Assembly (NCBI GenBank): GCA_020184695.1
Contig: JAANOX010000052.1
Coordinates: 62,001-126,000, forward strand
Length of the DNA: 64,000 nt
Direction: 5' to 3'
From: Histomonas meleagridis 2922-C6/04-290x
Lineage: Eukaryota > Protista > Parabasalia
A program made the translations under genes and the position numbers. Below are positions 25,183-36,096 of this stretch, piece after piece. Under the pieces are notes generated by a model that was not told where the DNA came from, made no database searches, and saw only the letters and a list, made by a program, of their open reading frames with translations. Numbering within the stretch: position 1 is the stretch's first letter; every line of letters begins with the position of its first letter.

Positions 25183-25932
25183 TTACACATTAATTCCATG
25201 TTCGATTAACTCTTTCACCTCATTTTTCTTAACATTTTTGGCAAATTCGTTCACGATTTGAGGCGGGAGGCCTCTGCTTTTTGCATATAACGCGCCTTGA
25301 ATTGGTGGGATACCGGATAAATTTGGTCCGACAATATTCCATTTCGACCATATTAAATTACGCACAGGCTGCATTTTTGAGGGATCTTTAGCACCACTAA
25401 TGAGTGAAAGCCATTTGGGATCTGAATTCTCATATCCACTTTTGAAATCCTTCTTTTCTATTCGAGCAATTGTATCGTTCGTGACGACTTTCATTAACCC
25501 ACTCATGTTTGGGAGATGTTTACGAAGAATTTCTGGATCTTTTAAATCCTGATCTGACATATTGATAAAAGGTGATTTCGTTTTTGCAATTTTTTTCCAA
25601 GACCCTTGGAGTTTCGGATTTGAATTAATAAGCTCATTAAAAGCTGAACCTGTTAGTGTCTGTCTTACTTGTCGAAATGCTTCAAAAAGGATTTCTTGAT
25701 CATTAGTTTGATATGCTGCATTAAGAAATGCTTCTTTTACAGGAAGGAGAGCAAATGCATGGCGATCAAATGGTTCTTCATTGAGAAATGCTTTCAAAAG
25801 TAAATCACCAATTTCTTCATCTGGAATATTTCTAGGGATTGATGGGACTGTTGTATAAAGTTGGTTCATTTCTGCTTTAAGTTTATCAATTTCCTGTTGA
25901 AGAGTTTCAAGATCTTTAGGTTCTTTCTTCAT
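25183..25932 (-). CDS. Hypothetical protein (249 aa) with N-terminal coiled coil
   Basis: Intact ORF with genome-typical codon use; no family recognised. Confidence 0.75.
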   Translation of the reverse strand: MKKEPKDLETLQQEIDKLKAEMNQLYTTVPSIPRNIPDEEIGDLLLKAFLNEEPFDRHAFALLPVKEAFLNAAYQTNDQEILFEAFRQVRQTLTGSAFNELINSNPKLQGSWKKIAKTKSPFINMSDQDLKDPEILRKHLPNMSGLMKVVTNDTIARIEKKDFKSGYENSDPKWLSLISGAKDPSKMQPVRNLIWSKWNIVGPNLSGIPPIQGALYAKSRGLPPQIVNEFAKNVKKNEVKELIEHGINV

Positions 25933-26025
25933 TTTATTTTTTCCCGGTGACTTTTTCTATACTTTATGGACCGATATGAACCGTTTTGTAAACTATTGTA
26001 TTTTTCCTTTTCTTGTTTGCTCCAA

Positions 26026-27702
26026 ATGGAGGCATTTACCCACCACAAAAATCTTGGTGTTACCAAAATGAAACAAAATAAATACCAACGAGCAATAGAA
26101 GATTTTAATAAAGTTATTAATGGTTTGTCACCAACTAATGATGAAGAAGCTCTTTTAAAAAGTGTTTGTCTTTTAAATCGCTCTGCATGTTATACTCAAC
26201 TCCAAAAATACACAGAAGGACTTGAAGATGCTACAAATGTTATTCATTTATATAATCAAGTTCGACCAGAAGAAAAACAAAAGGCAATGACACCAGAAGA
26301 AGTAGCAAAAGATCCACTAACACCTATGCTTTGCCTCGCATATGTTAGGCGAGGTGAATGTTTTGAGTCTCAACTTGAATTTTTAGATGCCTTCCATGAA
26401 TATGGAAAAGCTAATATGCTTATTCCAAATGGCGAAGGACAAAAAGCTCTTCAAAGTCTTCTTAAGAAAGTCAATATTCCAGCTATTGATCAATCAGACA
26501 AAGATCTACAATTATTTTCTTTAATTCTTCTACATTTCCTTAATGAGTCAGATCTTATTACATCTCTTAACAATCTCATAGAGTATCTAAAAGTTTCAGA
26601 AATTTCCGAAGATATTCTAAAGAAAATTAATGATACCAACTGTTCCAATATTTTATATGGTATCATTCAACTCTATGGAGATAACCAACTTCTTGTCGAT
26701 CAATCACTGATTTGTCTTCAGTTTCTTGCATCAAAAGGCATCGCGACCGTTTGTAACGGTTATCCGATCATTCGCCATGTAATGACGCAATGGGAGAATG
26801 ATTTAAACATTATAGGTGATTGTCTTAAATTGCTTCGTATTGCACCGTTTAATTTATATAAAATTCTCTCTAAAGAGAACTTTATTCCATTAATCACTGA
26901 ATCCCTTAAAAAGAAAATTACTGATGATGAAGTTGAAGCAGCATTTTTCCTTCTGTTTCAAATTGCTAATAGTCCAAGTTTACTTGTTGAATTAGCTGCT
27001 GAAGAAATTGTTGATTTAATTATGGAGAAAAAGACGAAATTTTCACTTTTGCTTCTTAGTAAACTTTCGATTCTTCCAGAGTCATTAAAACGCGCGGAAG
27101 AACTTAAAGCATCTGAATGGATCTTTACGATATTATCTAAGGATTCCATTGAAGATGACGAAATTATTGCTTCATCATTAATACTTTCACGTATATTAAT
27201 TCGTAATGTATTTCTCGAAGAAGAAAAAGAAGAACAAACTAAGAAATCAAGACAAGCATTTGATTTGCTTGTTAAAAATGTAATGAAAAACACTAAAAAT
27301 CATGAAATCATTGCAAACGCTTTCGCTACTTTCTCAATAGCAATTGATTATGCGCCAGAGAAAGTAAAAGAGTTGAAAATGATTCGTTTGGCTTCCGTTT
27401 TGTTGAGTATACATATGGGATCAGAAACAGCAACGCAAAATTTGGTTGCGTTTTTGTACGAGTCATCAATTAATGGAATGATCGATGACATTAAGGAAAA
27501 TAAAGCAGTGCTCCCAACTGTAATGAAGGCGTTGTCGAAATACCCAAGAAATGAACCAATCGTCGAAAGAGCTGTGGCGTTGGGTTATTTGTTGAACCAT
27601 AAAAATAAAATGGATTTGATAAAAGCTGCTTTGACACAATTCCCTAATTCAAGCTTCTTGAAGGAATTCGTTACAAAGAATGAAGTATTTTCAAATAAAT
27701 AA
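26026..27702 (+). CDS. TPR + ARM-like repeat protein
   Basis: TPR pattern (AIEDFNKVI...LLNRSACYTQLQKYTEGLEDA; AYVRRGECFESQLEFLDA) followed by helical repeats. Start at ATG 26026 is inferred; the track start is 25966. Confidence 0.75.
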   Translation: MEAFTHHKNLGVTKMKQNKYQRAIEDFNKVINGLSPTNDEEALLKSVCLLNRSACYTQLQKYTEGLEDATNVIHLYNQVRPEEKQKAMTPEEVAKDPLTPMLCLAYVRRGECFESQLEFLDAFHEYGKANMLIPNGEGQKALQSLLKKVNIPAIDQSDKDLQLFSLILLHFLNESDLITSLNNLIEYLKVSEISEDILKKINDTNCSNILYGIIQLYGDNQLLVDQSLICLQFLASKGIATVCNGYPIIRHVMTQWENDLNIIGDCLKLLRIAPFNLYKILSKENFIPLITESLKKKITDDEVEAAFFLLFQIANSPSLLVELAAEEIVDLIMEKKTKFSLLLLSKLSILPESLKRAEELKASEWIFTILSKDSIEDDEIIASSLILSRILIRNVFLEEEKEEQTKKSRQAFDLLVKNVMKNTKNHEIIANAFATFSIAIDYAPEKVKELKMIRLASVLLSIHMGSETATQNLVAFLYESSINGMIDDIKENKAVLPTVMKALSKYPRNEPIVERAVALGYLLNHKNKMDLIKAALTQFPNSSFLKEFVTKNEVFSNK

Positions 27703-27870
27703 ATAAATTTTCATTAGTTTTTGATTTAAAGAAATTTTATGAATAAATATAATCAATATTTGTATGTTTTATTGTGAAAATTTGTCTGTTTTAATGATTT
27801 ATCAAAGAAAGAACGATCAGAAGTACGTTACTGATATTTTAAACGTGCACAAAGAATCAAGAGAAAAAAG

Positions 27871-28301
27871 ATGAAATTTGAAATAGACAGTATTTTTACT
27901 TAATAATACCAGTATTTATATCTAAAATTCAACCTGGAAAGATCCATATCAATGGTTCAGAAATTTATATTAAAATATGTGATTCAAATCCAAAATTATT
28001 ATGCCAAATTATATCTCCTTCGACTGGAAGAGGACCCATACAGATTAACAAGGGAGTTCACATGGAAATTGAAATTAATCGTTATGAATTACCCACAAAA
28101 TTACCCATTATTTTCCTCTTAGTCGATGAAGAAGACAATGAATACTGTTGCGGTGTAAACGCATATGATCTTTTCCAAGAATCAACAAAATTCAAAAGAG
28201 AATCATCTATTGCAAGAGAAACTTCCAAAATTTTTTCACCTTCATCTCAAGAAGTCGGAATACTGTCATACAAAATCAGAGTCAATCGGCTTTCCAAATA
28301 A
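27871..28301 (+). CDS. Small beta-rich (C2-like) protein with one candidate short intron
   Basis: Removing 27890-27912 joins ATG 27871 (MKFEID) to a stop-free frame (IFISKIQPGKIHING...) that continues into track ORF 28062-28301. Confidence 0.6.
27890..27912 (+). other. Candidate 23-nt GT-AG spliceosomal intron
   Basis: GTATTTTTACTTAATAATACCAG contains the in-frame TAA and its removal restores the frame. A single-base indel is an alternative explanation. Confidence 0.6.
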
Positions 28302-28686
28302 ATTTTTGTATTACCATATATCTTTTGTATTCCTGTACATACAAATCCTGACTTAATGGTACTGGAAATGCTATTTTGAGAAGCATCACATTAAAAATTA
28401 AGAAAACAAATTCTCAAGTACTTTAAAACAAATATCAATTATATAAAAAAAATTTCTTATCTTTCTATTGTTTCTATTATATATTTAAACGTTTAATCAT
28501 TTTGTTGATTCCTTAATTATTATTCACACCTTATATCGAATTATTTCTCATGGAATTCCGATATGTTCAGAGCATGGGTTCTTAATGCTGATGAATGGAA
28601 TTGTGATTGTATCTACATAAGATATTCTTTTGTTGGAATATTTTCATATTTTTTTATAACTAATAAACAATATCAAAATAATTCAA

Positions 28687-29304
28687 CTAAAACATTTTAC
28701 AAACTTCTTTTTCACGCTTCGCTTTTTTTACTTTTGCATTTGAAATACCAATTTTTAAAGCTGCTTTTGTTGCAAGTTGAAAAACTTCTTTCAAATTATA
28801 TCCGCTTAAAGAAGAACACTCAACATAACCATATGCTCCAATTTTCTCCACAGCCGACATTCCTTCTTGCGATGAAATAGGTTCATAACAATATTTTTGG
28901 TGGTCAACTGTGAAGTTGTCCCTCAAGTCAACTTTCGTTCCGACCAAAACAAAAGGCGTTGAAGGGCAGCATTGCTTAATTTCTAAGGACCAATCATTTA
29001 AAATCGTTTCAAGAGATTTCCTACAAACAAGAGAGAAACAAAGAATGAAAACATCAGTGTCTGGATATGTTAGTGGATAAAGTTTGCGATACTCTTCAGC
29101 ACCTTGACAGTTGTCGCATATGTTAAGTTTATAAAAATTCTTGTTATATCTGACGACTTTTGTTTCATTATCATGTGGTACAAAGATACTAAAACTCCAA
29201 TCAGTAGGAAAATGGCCTGACGCATAAGTAGCGATTAAAGATGTTTTCCCAACAGTCCTATTCCCTACCACACTAACTTTAAGTTCTTTCATTTCGGAGT
29301 TCAT
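28687..29304 (-). CDS. Rho/Rac-family small GTPase, atypical catalytic residues
   Basis: VVGNRTVGKT, YPDTDVFILCFSL, LVGTKVDLR, YVECSS, C-terminal CKMF after a basic patch. Confidence 0.92.
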   Translation of the reverse strand: MNSEMKELKVSVVGNRTVGKTSLIATYASGHFPTDWSFSIFVPHDNETKVVRYNKNFYKLNICDNCQGAEEYRKLYPLTYPDTDVFILCFSLVCRKSLETILNDWSLEIKQCCPSTPFVLVGTKVDLRDNFTVDHQKYCYEPISSQEGMSAVEKIGAYGYVECSSLSGYNLKEVFQLATKAALKIGISNAKVKKAKREKEVCKMF

Positions 29305-29603
29305 CCTCTGGTATTAGGTAGTAAAAAGCAAAATCACTTTAGTTTAAGTGGTCTCTGCAAGACGTTTAAAGACGTTAAACCATTTCACCATAATAAACCT
29401 GCCAATTCTTGTGTTCCTCATTGTGAAAATTCAAATAATGTATGCATTCCTCTAAAACATTATTATCTTCTTATCGAATTGGTATTTATGTTTGAAAATA
29501 AGTTTTAACATTTAGAAAAATCCAATAAAAGGTTATAACCGAAAATTGTTATCAAAAAGCAGTTGCAATTTAAATTTCTTTACTTTACAATATTTACAAC
29601 GCC

Positions 29604-32600
29604 TCACTTTATCACGTTTCTCTTTATCACTTTGAATGAATCTTGTAACACCAATGCCGAGAAAGAAGTTGTTAATTGTACTCCAGTATCCAAGCTCATG
29701 AATATCGGACCTGTTCTTCCTATACCCTTAAATACGAATTTTTCATTTTCGTCATTAATCAAAACGACGTCGTCAGGACACAACGCGCTAATTTCGTATG
29801 CAGGGGAACCAACTTCGACCAATTTGTTACTTTCTCCGCTGAGTATGTCTGGTCTGTACAACAGTTCTGATTTCTTTTCGTCTACTTGAAATATTTCATC
29901 ATTACTTAAATCCATTGCATAAGCGATTCCTTCATTTGTTACTCCGAGAACTTTTGCTTTTATTTCGTTTATTCCAATTATATCTGCAGCTTTAAACTTT
30001 GATCCGATTGAATTTGTCGATATTGAAACATTTATAACTTTATCGTCATTTAATTTTATCTTTTTATAAGTTTCGACACCAATTCTTCGAATTAATTTCA
30101 GATCAGAAACATTACATTTCTTGCCGCCGATGTCATTTAAACGCATTAAATCTGTTTGGATATAAGAATCGCCATTCGAATCAGTTCCCAAAAATATTCC
30201 ATCGCCGAATTTCGATGATATTCTATCGCCAGGCAAAAATATCTTATTTTTCCCATAAATATCTAATTCGACGACTTTCCCTTTCGATGTTATTATATTC
30301 CGTTTATATTTTATGTTTTTACTAAATGTTCGTAAGAGTTCATAATGAATAATTTCCGATGAAAATAATAAATTATCAGAAAAGTCCATAAAAACATAAC
30401 GATTGGAATACATTCCGACAAATTTAACAATTCCTTTCTTAGGATAAAATATTAAGTCGTCAATAGAATGCCCAAAACTTTCACAAAAAGTTGGCGTTAT
30501 ATCTATAACAGATGTAACACTATCTACAATTGTTTCAAATAATTTATGTCCTGGACGTTCTAATACATAAAGTGTTTTCGGATCATTAAATGAATATACA
30601 TATTTCGAATTCGTAGGTCGTAACCAAATATGACCTTCACTAAACCCTATGAATTCAGCAATGATTCCAGAAGGTGTTTTAACTTTATCACCTTTAATTA
30701 AGTTATATGAAAATGATTCATATAAATTAGAATCAGTACAAAGAATTCGATTATTCCGCGTGATACAAATTGTTTTATTTTTATCTTTTGTTGTAATTAA
30801 TACATCAGATGTAGAAAATAAATTCTCAACATAAACATTCGATTTATATCCATTATCAAAATATCCATAATGAGAATCAAACGCATATAATATTTGTTGT
30901 TCTTTTTCATTGTTACGATTAGTAATGATTAATGAATTGGATGAACAACAATGATATGCTTTTGATGGTGTACATTTTGGTGTAAAAGGTTTCCCATTAA
31001 ATAATATTATAAAATTAGGTAAAATATGAAAACATGAAATAGAAAAATCAATTTTCGGTAAATTATTATTCGAATTCAAATAATTTATTGTTCCATTATC
31101 ATCAAGACGAATTAAAATTTCATTACTTTGTTCAATATTAATTGTTTGTGAATCATATGGTAATAATAATAATTCATATTCATTATCATCTTTCAATGAA
31201 TAAATTTGATGATTAAAAGTAGAAAAATGAAATCTTTCTGTCGATGAAAATATAGAAAGAATTGGAAAACTAAAATTAATTGGTATAAATTGCGCATGTT
31301 TTTGTAACTTACAAATGAAGACTTTGCCATCCCCTGTTAATGCTATCATTGATTGTGAATTTAATTTGGTGTCAATGACATTATATCCTTCGATTTTACG
31401 TTTAGTTCGGACTTTATCGTTCCAACAGATAATACTTCCTGTCTTATGTGCAAATATTATCATGTTCCCATACGATGAAAGACCACGCGGTGATTTATAG
31501 CCAGAAAAAATGGATTTGTTTTCAACTTCATTGGCATTTCCATGAATCAATAATCTGCCATCATTAAGTATGAAGGCTGTAAATGTCTTGCAGGTACAGA
31601 CTTCTCGAACTGTACAATTGTCAGGGATTGTTATCTTGGTAAACTGTGGAATTGTTGTTGGAAGTATTGGATCAATTTGATGATTTCGATTATTCCCAAA
31701 ACCATAACAAATATGATGTGTGTCAAGGACAATAAAATGTGATGCTGAACATGTGCAAGAAATAGGGGTTATTTGTGGTCCATTAATATAACTGATTTTA
31801 TTCTTTGATTTCGAATTTGTATAAATTAAAGCGCATTGTAGAGCTCTTGCGTTGCGAAGTGATGGACCAGAATCAAGAAATTGTTGTGTTTGTGCTGGAA
31901 CAATTTCTGGGGGTGGTTCGGCGGTTGGTTGGGGTGGCTCTAACGGTAATTGGTCAGACGGTTGCGGTTCCTGTGGCGGTTGGTTTGATGTTACTGTTGT
32001 TGTTGTTTCCCTAGGTTGAGTTTGAGTTTGTGTTTGTGGACGAGGTTGAACATCTCTTTGTATAGGGCGAGTGACAGATATACCCTGATTGACCAAATCC
32101 TGATAACATGAAAATGTAAAAAGATCAATAATTCCATATCCATCTAAAGCACTTACTTCATAGTATTCGGCACCGAGTGTACCAGCCATTTCTAATCCTT
32201 CTTCATATGATACTTGTCTGTCGTTAGGATTAGCATCACATTTATTACCTACCAACACAAATAGAGGTGGACAATTGGGATCAATTGATGGTTGGCAAGT
32301 CCTGAGAAATCCAGGGATGGATTGAAAAGTTGATATGTTTGTAACATCAAATACAAATATTAAAATATTTGAATTACGTAAGTACATTGGCACTAACGTC
32401 CGATATACAATGTTTCCTGCTGTATCCCAAAGATGAACTTCGGTACTTAACTGTGGAAAATCAACCGTTGCTGTGAAAAAACATGCACCAATTGTTGATT
32501 CAACATTGTTTGGAATATTATTACCTTGAACGAACCTGTAAGCGATACATGTTTTGCCTGTGTTGGAATCTCCTAATAATACTATTTTTGTGACGTGCTC

Positions 32601-32606
32601 GCTCAT
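29604..32606 (-). CDS. Rab-like GTPase fused to a Pro/Gln/Thr linker, RCC1-like repeats and repeated small beta modules
   Basis: GDSNTGKT, WDTAG, LVGNKCD, EVSA; RCC1-like SCTCSASHFIVLDTHHICYGFGNNRNHQ and VCTCKTFTAFILNDGRLLIHG. Confidence 0.85.
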   Translation of the reverse strand: MSEHVTKIVLLGDSNTGKTCIAYRFVQGNNIPNNVESTIGACFFTATVDFPQLSTEVHLWDTAGNIVYRTLVPMYLRNSNILIFVFDVTNISTFQSIPGFLRTCQPSIDPNCPPLFVLVGNKCDANPNDRQVSYEEGLEMAGTLGAEYYEVSALDGYGIIDLFTFSCYQDLVNQGISVTRPIQRDVQPRPQTQTQTQPRETTTTVTSNQPPQEPQPSDQLPLEPPQPTAEPPPEIVPAQTQQFLDSGPSLRNARALQCALIYTNSKSKNKISYINGPQITPISCTCSASHFIVLDTHHICYGFGNNRNHQIDPILPTTIPQFTKITIPDNCTVREVCTCKTFTAFILNDGRLLIHGNANEVENKSIFSGYKSPRGLSSYGNMIIFAHKTGSIICWNDKVRTKRKIEGYNVIDTKLNSQSMIALTGDGKVFICKLQKHAQFIPINFSFPILSIFSSTERFHFSTFNHQIYSLKDDNEYELLLLPYDSQTINIEQSNEILIRLDDNGTINYLNSNNNLPKIDFSISCFHILPNFIILFNGKPFTPKCTPSKAYHCCSSNSLIITNRNNEKEQQILYAFDSHYGYFDNGYKSNVYVENLFSTSDVLITTKDKNKTICITRNNRILCTDSNLYESFSYNLIKGDKVKTPSGIIAEFIGFSEGHIWLRPTNSKYVYSFNDPKTLYVLERPGHKLFETIVDSVTSVIDITPTFCESFGHSIDDLIFYPKKGIVKFVGMYSNRYVFMDFSDNLLFSSEIIHYELLRTFSKNIKYKRNIITSKGKVVELDIYGKNKIFLPGDRISSKFGDGIFLGTDSNGDSYIQTDLMRLNDIGGKKCNVSDLKLIRRIGVETYKKIKLNDDKVINVSISTNSIGSKFKAADIIGINEIKAKVLGVTNEGIAYAMDLSNDEIFQVDEKKSELLYRPDILSGESNKLVEVGSPAYEISALCPDDVVLINDENEKFVFKGIGRTGPIFMSLDTGVQLTTSFSALVLQDSFKVIKRNVIK

Positions 32607-32835
32607 TACAAAACTTTTTTTTTCTTTTTTGGGCTTGAACGACTTTTTGTGTGAAAAACTGTTTCTCGAAATATGTAAAAAGTGAAAGTCAAAATTTTCA
32701 TTACAAATATTTCAGCTGAAAACAAGTGATCACTGTAAGGAATCTTTTAAAATTGAGAATTTTAACCAATATTTGATAAATAAATGAAAATTTAATTTTT
32801 TCCTTTAATAAACATTTTTATGAAAATAACATATT

Positions 32836-33948
32836 TTATTTTGATTTCGAACAAAATGGACAAAATCGAAGAATTCCATGAATGAATGTATTACAAGATT
32901 CGCAGTAATTCATTCCACAAAGTGGGCACTGATATTTCTCATTTATAATACACCCACAAGCATTACAAACACATTCAGCATTTTCTTTTTCGAACTCTAA
33001 TGGTGGATTTAAGAACACTTGTGTTCGTGTTATATCAGGTGGTGTTAATAATAAGATTCCGCATGATGGACAATAAACAGGTATCGAGAAAACAACAAAT
33101 CCGCAAATGCCACATTTATAACCGCCAGATTTTGGTGGCACTTTTTTGCCTTCTTTGATGTCGTTAATGTCAAATGATGGAAAATCGTAATGCTTCACGT
33201 AACAGAATGGAACGAAGTCACGGAGCTCAACCTTATCTGTAAGTATTGGAGGTTCAATGTTATCGAAAACTAATTTATGAAAAATATTTTCATTTAATGG
33301 AATTGAATATTTCCCTCCAGTTTCATTTGCAATTCGACTAAGAATATAAAGAGATGCACCAAACCCAATGACATTAACTGTGATTTCACTTCTTTTAAGA
33401 AATTTAATTGTTGATTCAATTTTAACATCGATTGTATTTAAAGCTCCATAAATTAGAATAATTTCTTTGGTGGAATATCTTGCAACAGAAGAAAATAATG
33501 AGGCTGAAATGTTTAAACCATTTTGTAAAGATGGTTCACCATATTCTGTGTTTTGTTCAAGATTTTGAACAACTTTTAAATGTTTAGATACCGATCCACA
33601 AAGAGGTGAAAGAACATATCCCCTCCCTTGGTAAGTGGCTGTTATTGCAAGTTGTGAAAGTGGGTTTTGATCAAAAAATGAAATAATAAATTTTTCAAGT
33701 TCAACTGTAATAAGTTTTAAACGAGAAACCGAGAATTCACGTGGTTCCATTCCTCTTCCAGATAAATCCAAAAGAATAACTATTGAGCGAATTAAACCTC
33801 GGTTTTTATTTCGTAAATCAAGTTTTTGTCTTTCGATTTCATAATCTGGGAAATCCTCTATTTGGAAAAGCCTTCCATCTTCATCAAGTGACATTTTGTT
33901 CCAGCTTCGCCCATATTTTTCCCATTTTTGGTGAACAATTTCGTCCAT
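32836..33948 (-). CDS. GTF2H2: TFIIH subunit p44/Ssl1
   Basis: RGLIRSIVILLDLS, FFDQNPLSQL, GEPSLQNGL, GYKCGICG..CPSCG and C-terminal Cys-rich finger. Confidence 0.93.
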   Translation of the reverse strand: MDEIVHQKWEKYGRSWNKMSLDEDGRLFQIEDFPDYEIERQKLDLRNKNRGLIRSIVILLDLSGRGMEPREFSVSRLKLITVELEKFIISFFDQNPLSQLAITATYQGRGYVLSPLCGSVSKHLKVVQNLEQNTEYGEPSLQNGLNISASLFSSVARYSTKEIILIYGALNTIDVKIESTIKFLKRSEITVNVIGFGASLYILSRIANETGGKYSIPLNENIFHKLVFDNIEPPILTDKVELRDFVPFCYVKHYDFPSFDINDIKEGKKVPPKSGGYKCGICGFVVFSIPVYCPSCGILLLTPPDITRTQVFLNPPLEFEKENAECVCNACGCIINEKYQCPLCGMNYCESCNTFIHGILRFCPFCSKSK

Positions 33949-34033
33949 GTTCTGTCACTTTTTATTTCACTGACAGATTTATTTTCATAGAATAATTTTA
34001 GATTTGATAAAAATTTTATATGACATATATACA

Positions 34034-35968
34034 ATGGATAACATTTTTCTTCCTTTCGTTCATCGTTCTGAATCAACACCAATAAAGAACGAAAAAGAAA
34101 AAGAAGAAAAATTTATTATCAATATTAAAGAAAATTATTTACCAGAAATTGTATCATTTTCATTATTTCAAGCTTCTTCAATTAATACACCAAAAGAATT
34201 AAATTCGGTTCGTTTCCCTCAGTGGAAAACTCCCAAATGGAAAGAAATGGAAATTGCTACAAAAACAGATCAATCTGAATTACCACTTCCATCAAAACAT
34301 AAAAACATAAGAAAAAAACACAAACTTCCAATACACAAATTTCAACGCAAAATGAAGCCAAATTTTTTATCTCTACCAAAAATAGAAATAATTAAACCAT
34401 TTGAAACGAAAGCTAAAATTCGATCTAATGCCATAAAATTTAAAGACCCCGAATATGTAAAAGTGTTGCGTCCCTCTTATAGTGACAAAAAAACAAATTT
34501 TGAAAACAAATCATGTATCACTATTCCAAATCCAAAAGAAGAAGTTGATATAAAGACACCAATTTCTTCGATGTTTCATTCTATTCTCCAATCTAATAAA
34601 CCTCTTGAGGATGATGACACAGATTTTACGTTTTATAATCCACTTACATATTCAAGTCAATCGTCTAAATTAAAAATTGATGTTATGCCTTCTCTCCTTA
34701 CATCTAGTATTTTTGATGATGAAATTTCGGAATTTGAATACAATAAAATCACAAAAAGAAATTTGAAAATTCACAAATATATCCCAAAAAATTCTTCAGA
34801 AACTGCTCCTAAGATATATGTAAAGAAAGGCAAACAACGTGCGCAATGTAACAATAAGTTTCTCTACAAAAAATCTGAATTATCCATTTCAAGTGGAGAA
34901 TATGTAATAATTGAAACGACAGATGAATTCCCAATTATTCAACCAATGGTTGGAATGTCCAGTCAACTTGATGTTATCATATGTGAAGATCATCCATGTG
35001 GAATGCATTATTATGATCCAAGAATTCCTTTAACACATTTACTTCCAACAGGTATTCAACCCTTTTTAGAACCAATTCCAAAAAACACCTTTGTTCTAAT
35101 GTATTCGAATTCTGTTATGAATTCGGCATTAGCTCCCCATGAGTCTCATCCTTCTTATTTCATTTTGACATTTGGGAAATCGGTTAAAATACACAAATTC
35201 CCAAAAGTGACATATCTATCGACCAATTTTGAATGCAAAGTGATCATCCCAAAACCCATCAGGAAAGATCCTTTATATTATCTAAAATCATTCTTAAGAT
35301 ATCCAATGCCACCTCCAGAACAATTATGTAAGAATCGATCAATCTATAACGGAATTCAATATTTAAATTCACATGGAATTTCACGATTCCAAGTTCCAAC
35401 ATTATCCCCAATAACAATCAAACAAATCAATTCTTTGCCAAATGAATTGCGAGTATTAATATATTCCTATATACGAATCCTAAAAAATGTACCATGGAAT
35501 CGTAGCAAGCTTTATGAAAGAGGTCGAATCGGATATTATCAAGGTCAAAGTCAAACCAAAAAATCAATAAATCATATTCGCGAAGAATTAACGCGATCAT
35601 TTACTGATAAGCTTTGGTATATTCATGCTAAAAAAGAAACAGATTTAAATGATTTAGATTTAGAAACACTTCTAAATGAAGAAGAAGAAGAATTAGAAAT
35701 ATTACTTGATACAAAGGATAGAAATGAAATTGAACTTAATAAAAGAGCTGACTTACATAAAACAAGAATTAATTGGAAAGAAATTGGTTTAAATGATTTC
35801 CCGAAAAGACCTTTGATGAAAATCATTGAAACAAAGATGGAAGATGGAAAAGTAATTTCAACCATCCATTGGGAAAGAGATCCTACTTTAATTAAAAATG
35901 CTAAAAAAAGAGCTGCTTTGTCTCGAATGTATTATGAAGAAGAAAAAAGAATTTTGTGTGACAAATAA
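34034..35968 (+). CDS. TAF1: TFIID subunit TAF1-like (central DUF3591-type domain, no bromodomains)
   Basis: LSISSGEYVIIETTDEFPIIQPMVGMSSQL matches the TAF1 central signature; later PEQLC and PWNRS segments are also TAF1-like. Confidence 0.75.
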   Translation: MDNIFLPFVHRSESTPIKNEKEKEEKFIINIKENYLPEIVSFSLFQASSINTPKELNSVRFPQWKTPKWKEMEIATKTDQSELPLPSKHKNIRKKHKLPIHKFQRKMKPNFLSLPKIEIIKPFETKAKIRSNAIKFKDPEYVKVLRPSYSDKKTNFENKSCITIPNPKEEVDIKTPISSMFHSILQSNKPLEDDDTDFTFYNPLTYSSQSSKLKIDVMPSLLTSSIFDDEISEFEYNKITKRNLKIHKYIPKNSSETAPKIYVKKGKQRAQCNNKFLYKKSELSISSGEYVIIETTDEFPIIQPMVGMSSQLDVIICEDHPCGMHYYDPRIPLTHLLPTGIQPFLEPIPKNTFVLMYSNSVMNSALAPHESHPSYFILTFGKSVKIHKFPKVTYLSTNFECKVIIPKPIRKDPLYYLKSFLRYPMPPPEQLCKNRSIYNGIQYLNSHGISRFQVPTLSPITIKQINSLPNELRVLIYSYIRILKNVPWNRSKLYERGRIGYYQGQSQTKKSINHIREELTRSFTDKLWYIHAKKETDLNDLDLETLLNEEEEELEILLDTKDRNEIELNKRADLHKTRINWKEIGLNDFPKRPLMKIIETKMEDGKVISTIHWERDPTLIKNAKKRAALSRMYYEEEKRILCDK

Positions 35969-36096
35969 AATAAACTGTTTTGAAATTTTTATCGTTTCTT
36001 TCAAATTATTTATAAAGTTGAGAAAAATATTTTTGAGTACTTAAACCGCACGCCATAAAAACAACCAAACATTGTCAATAACGAAAGAAACAAAAA

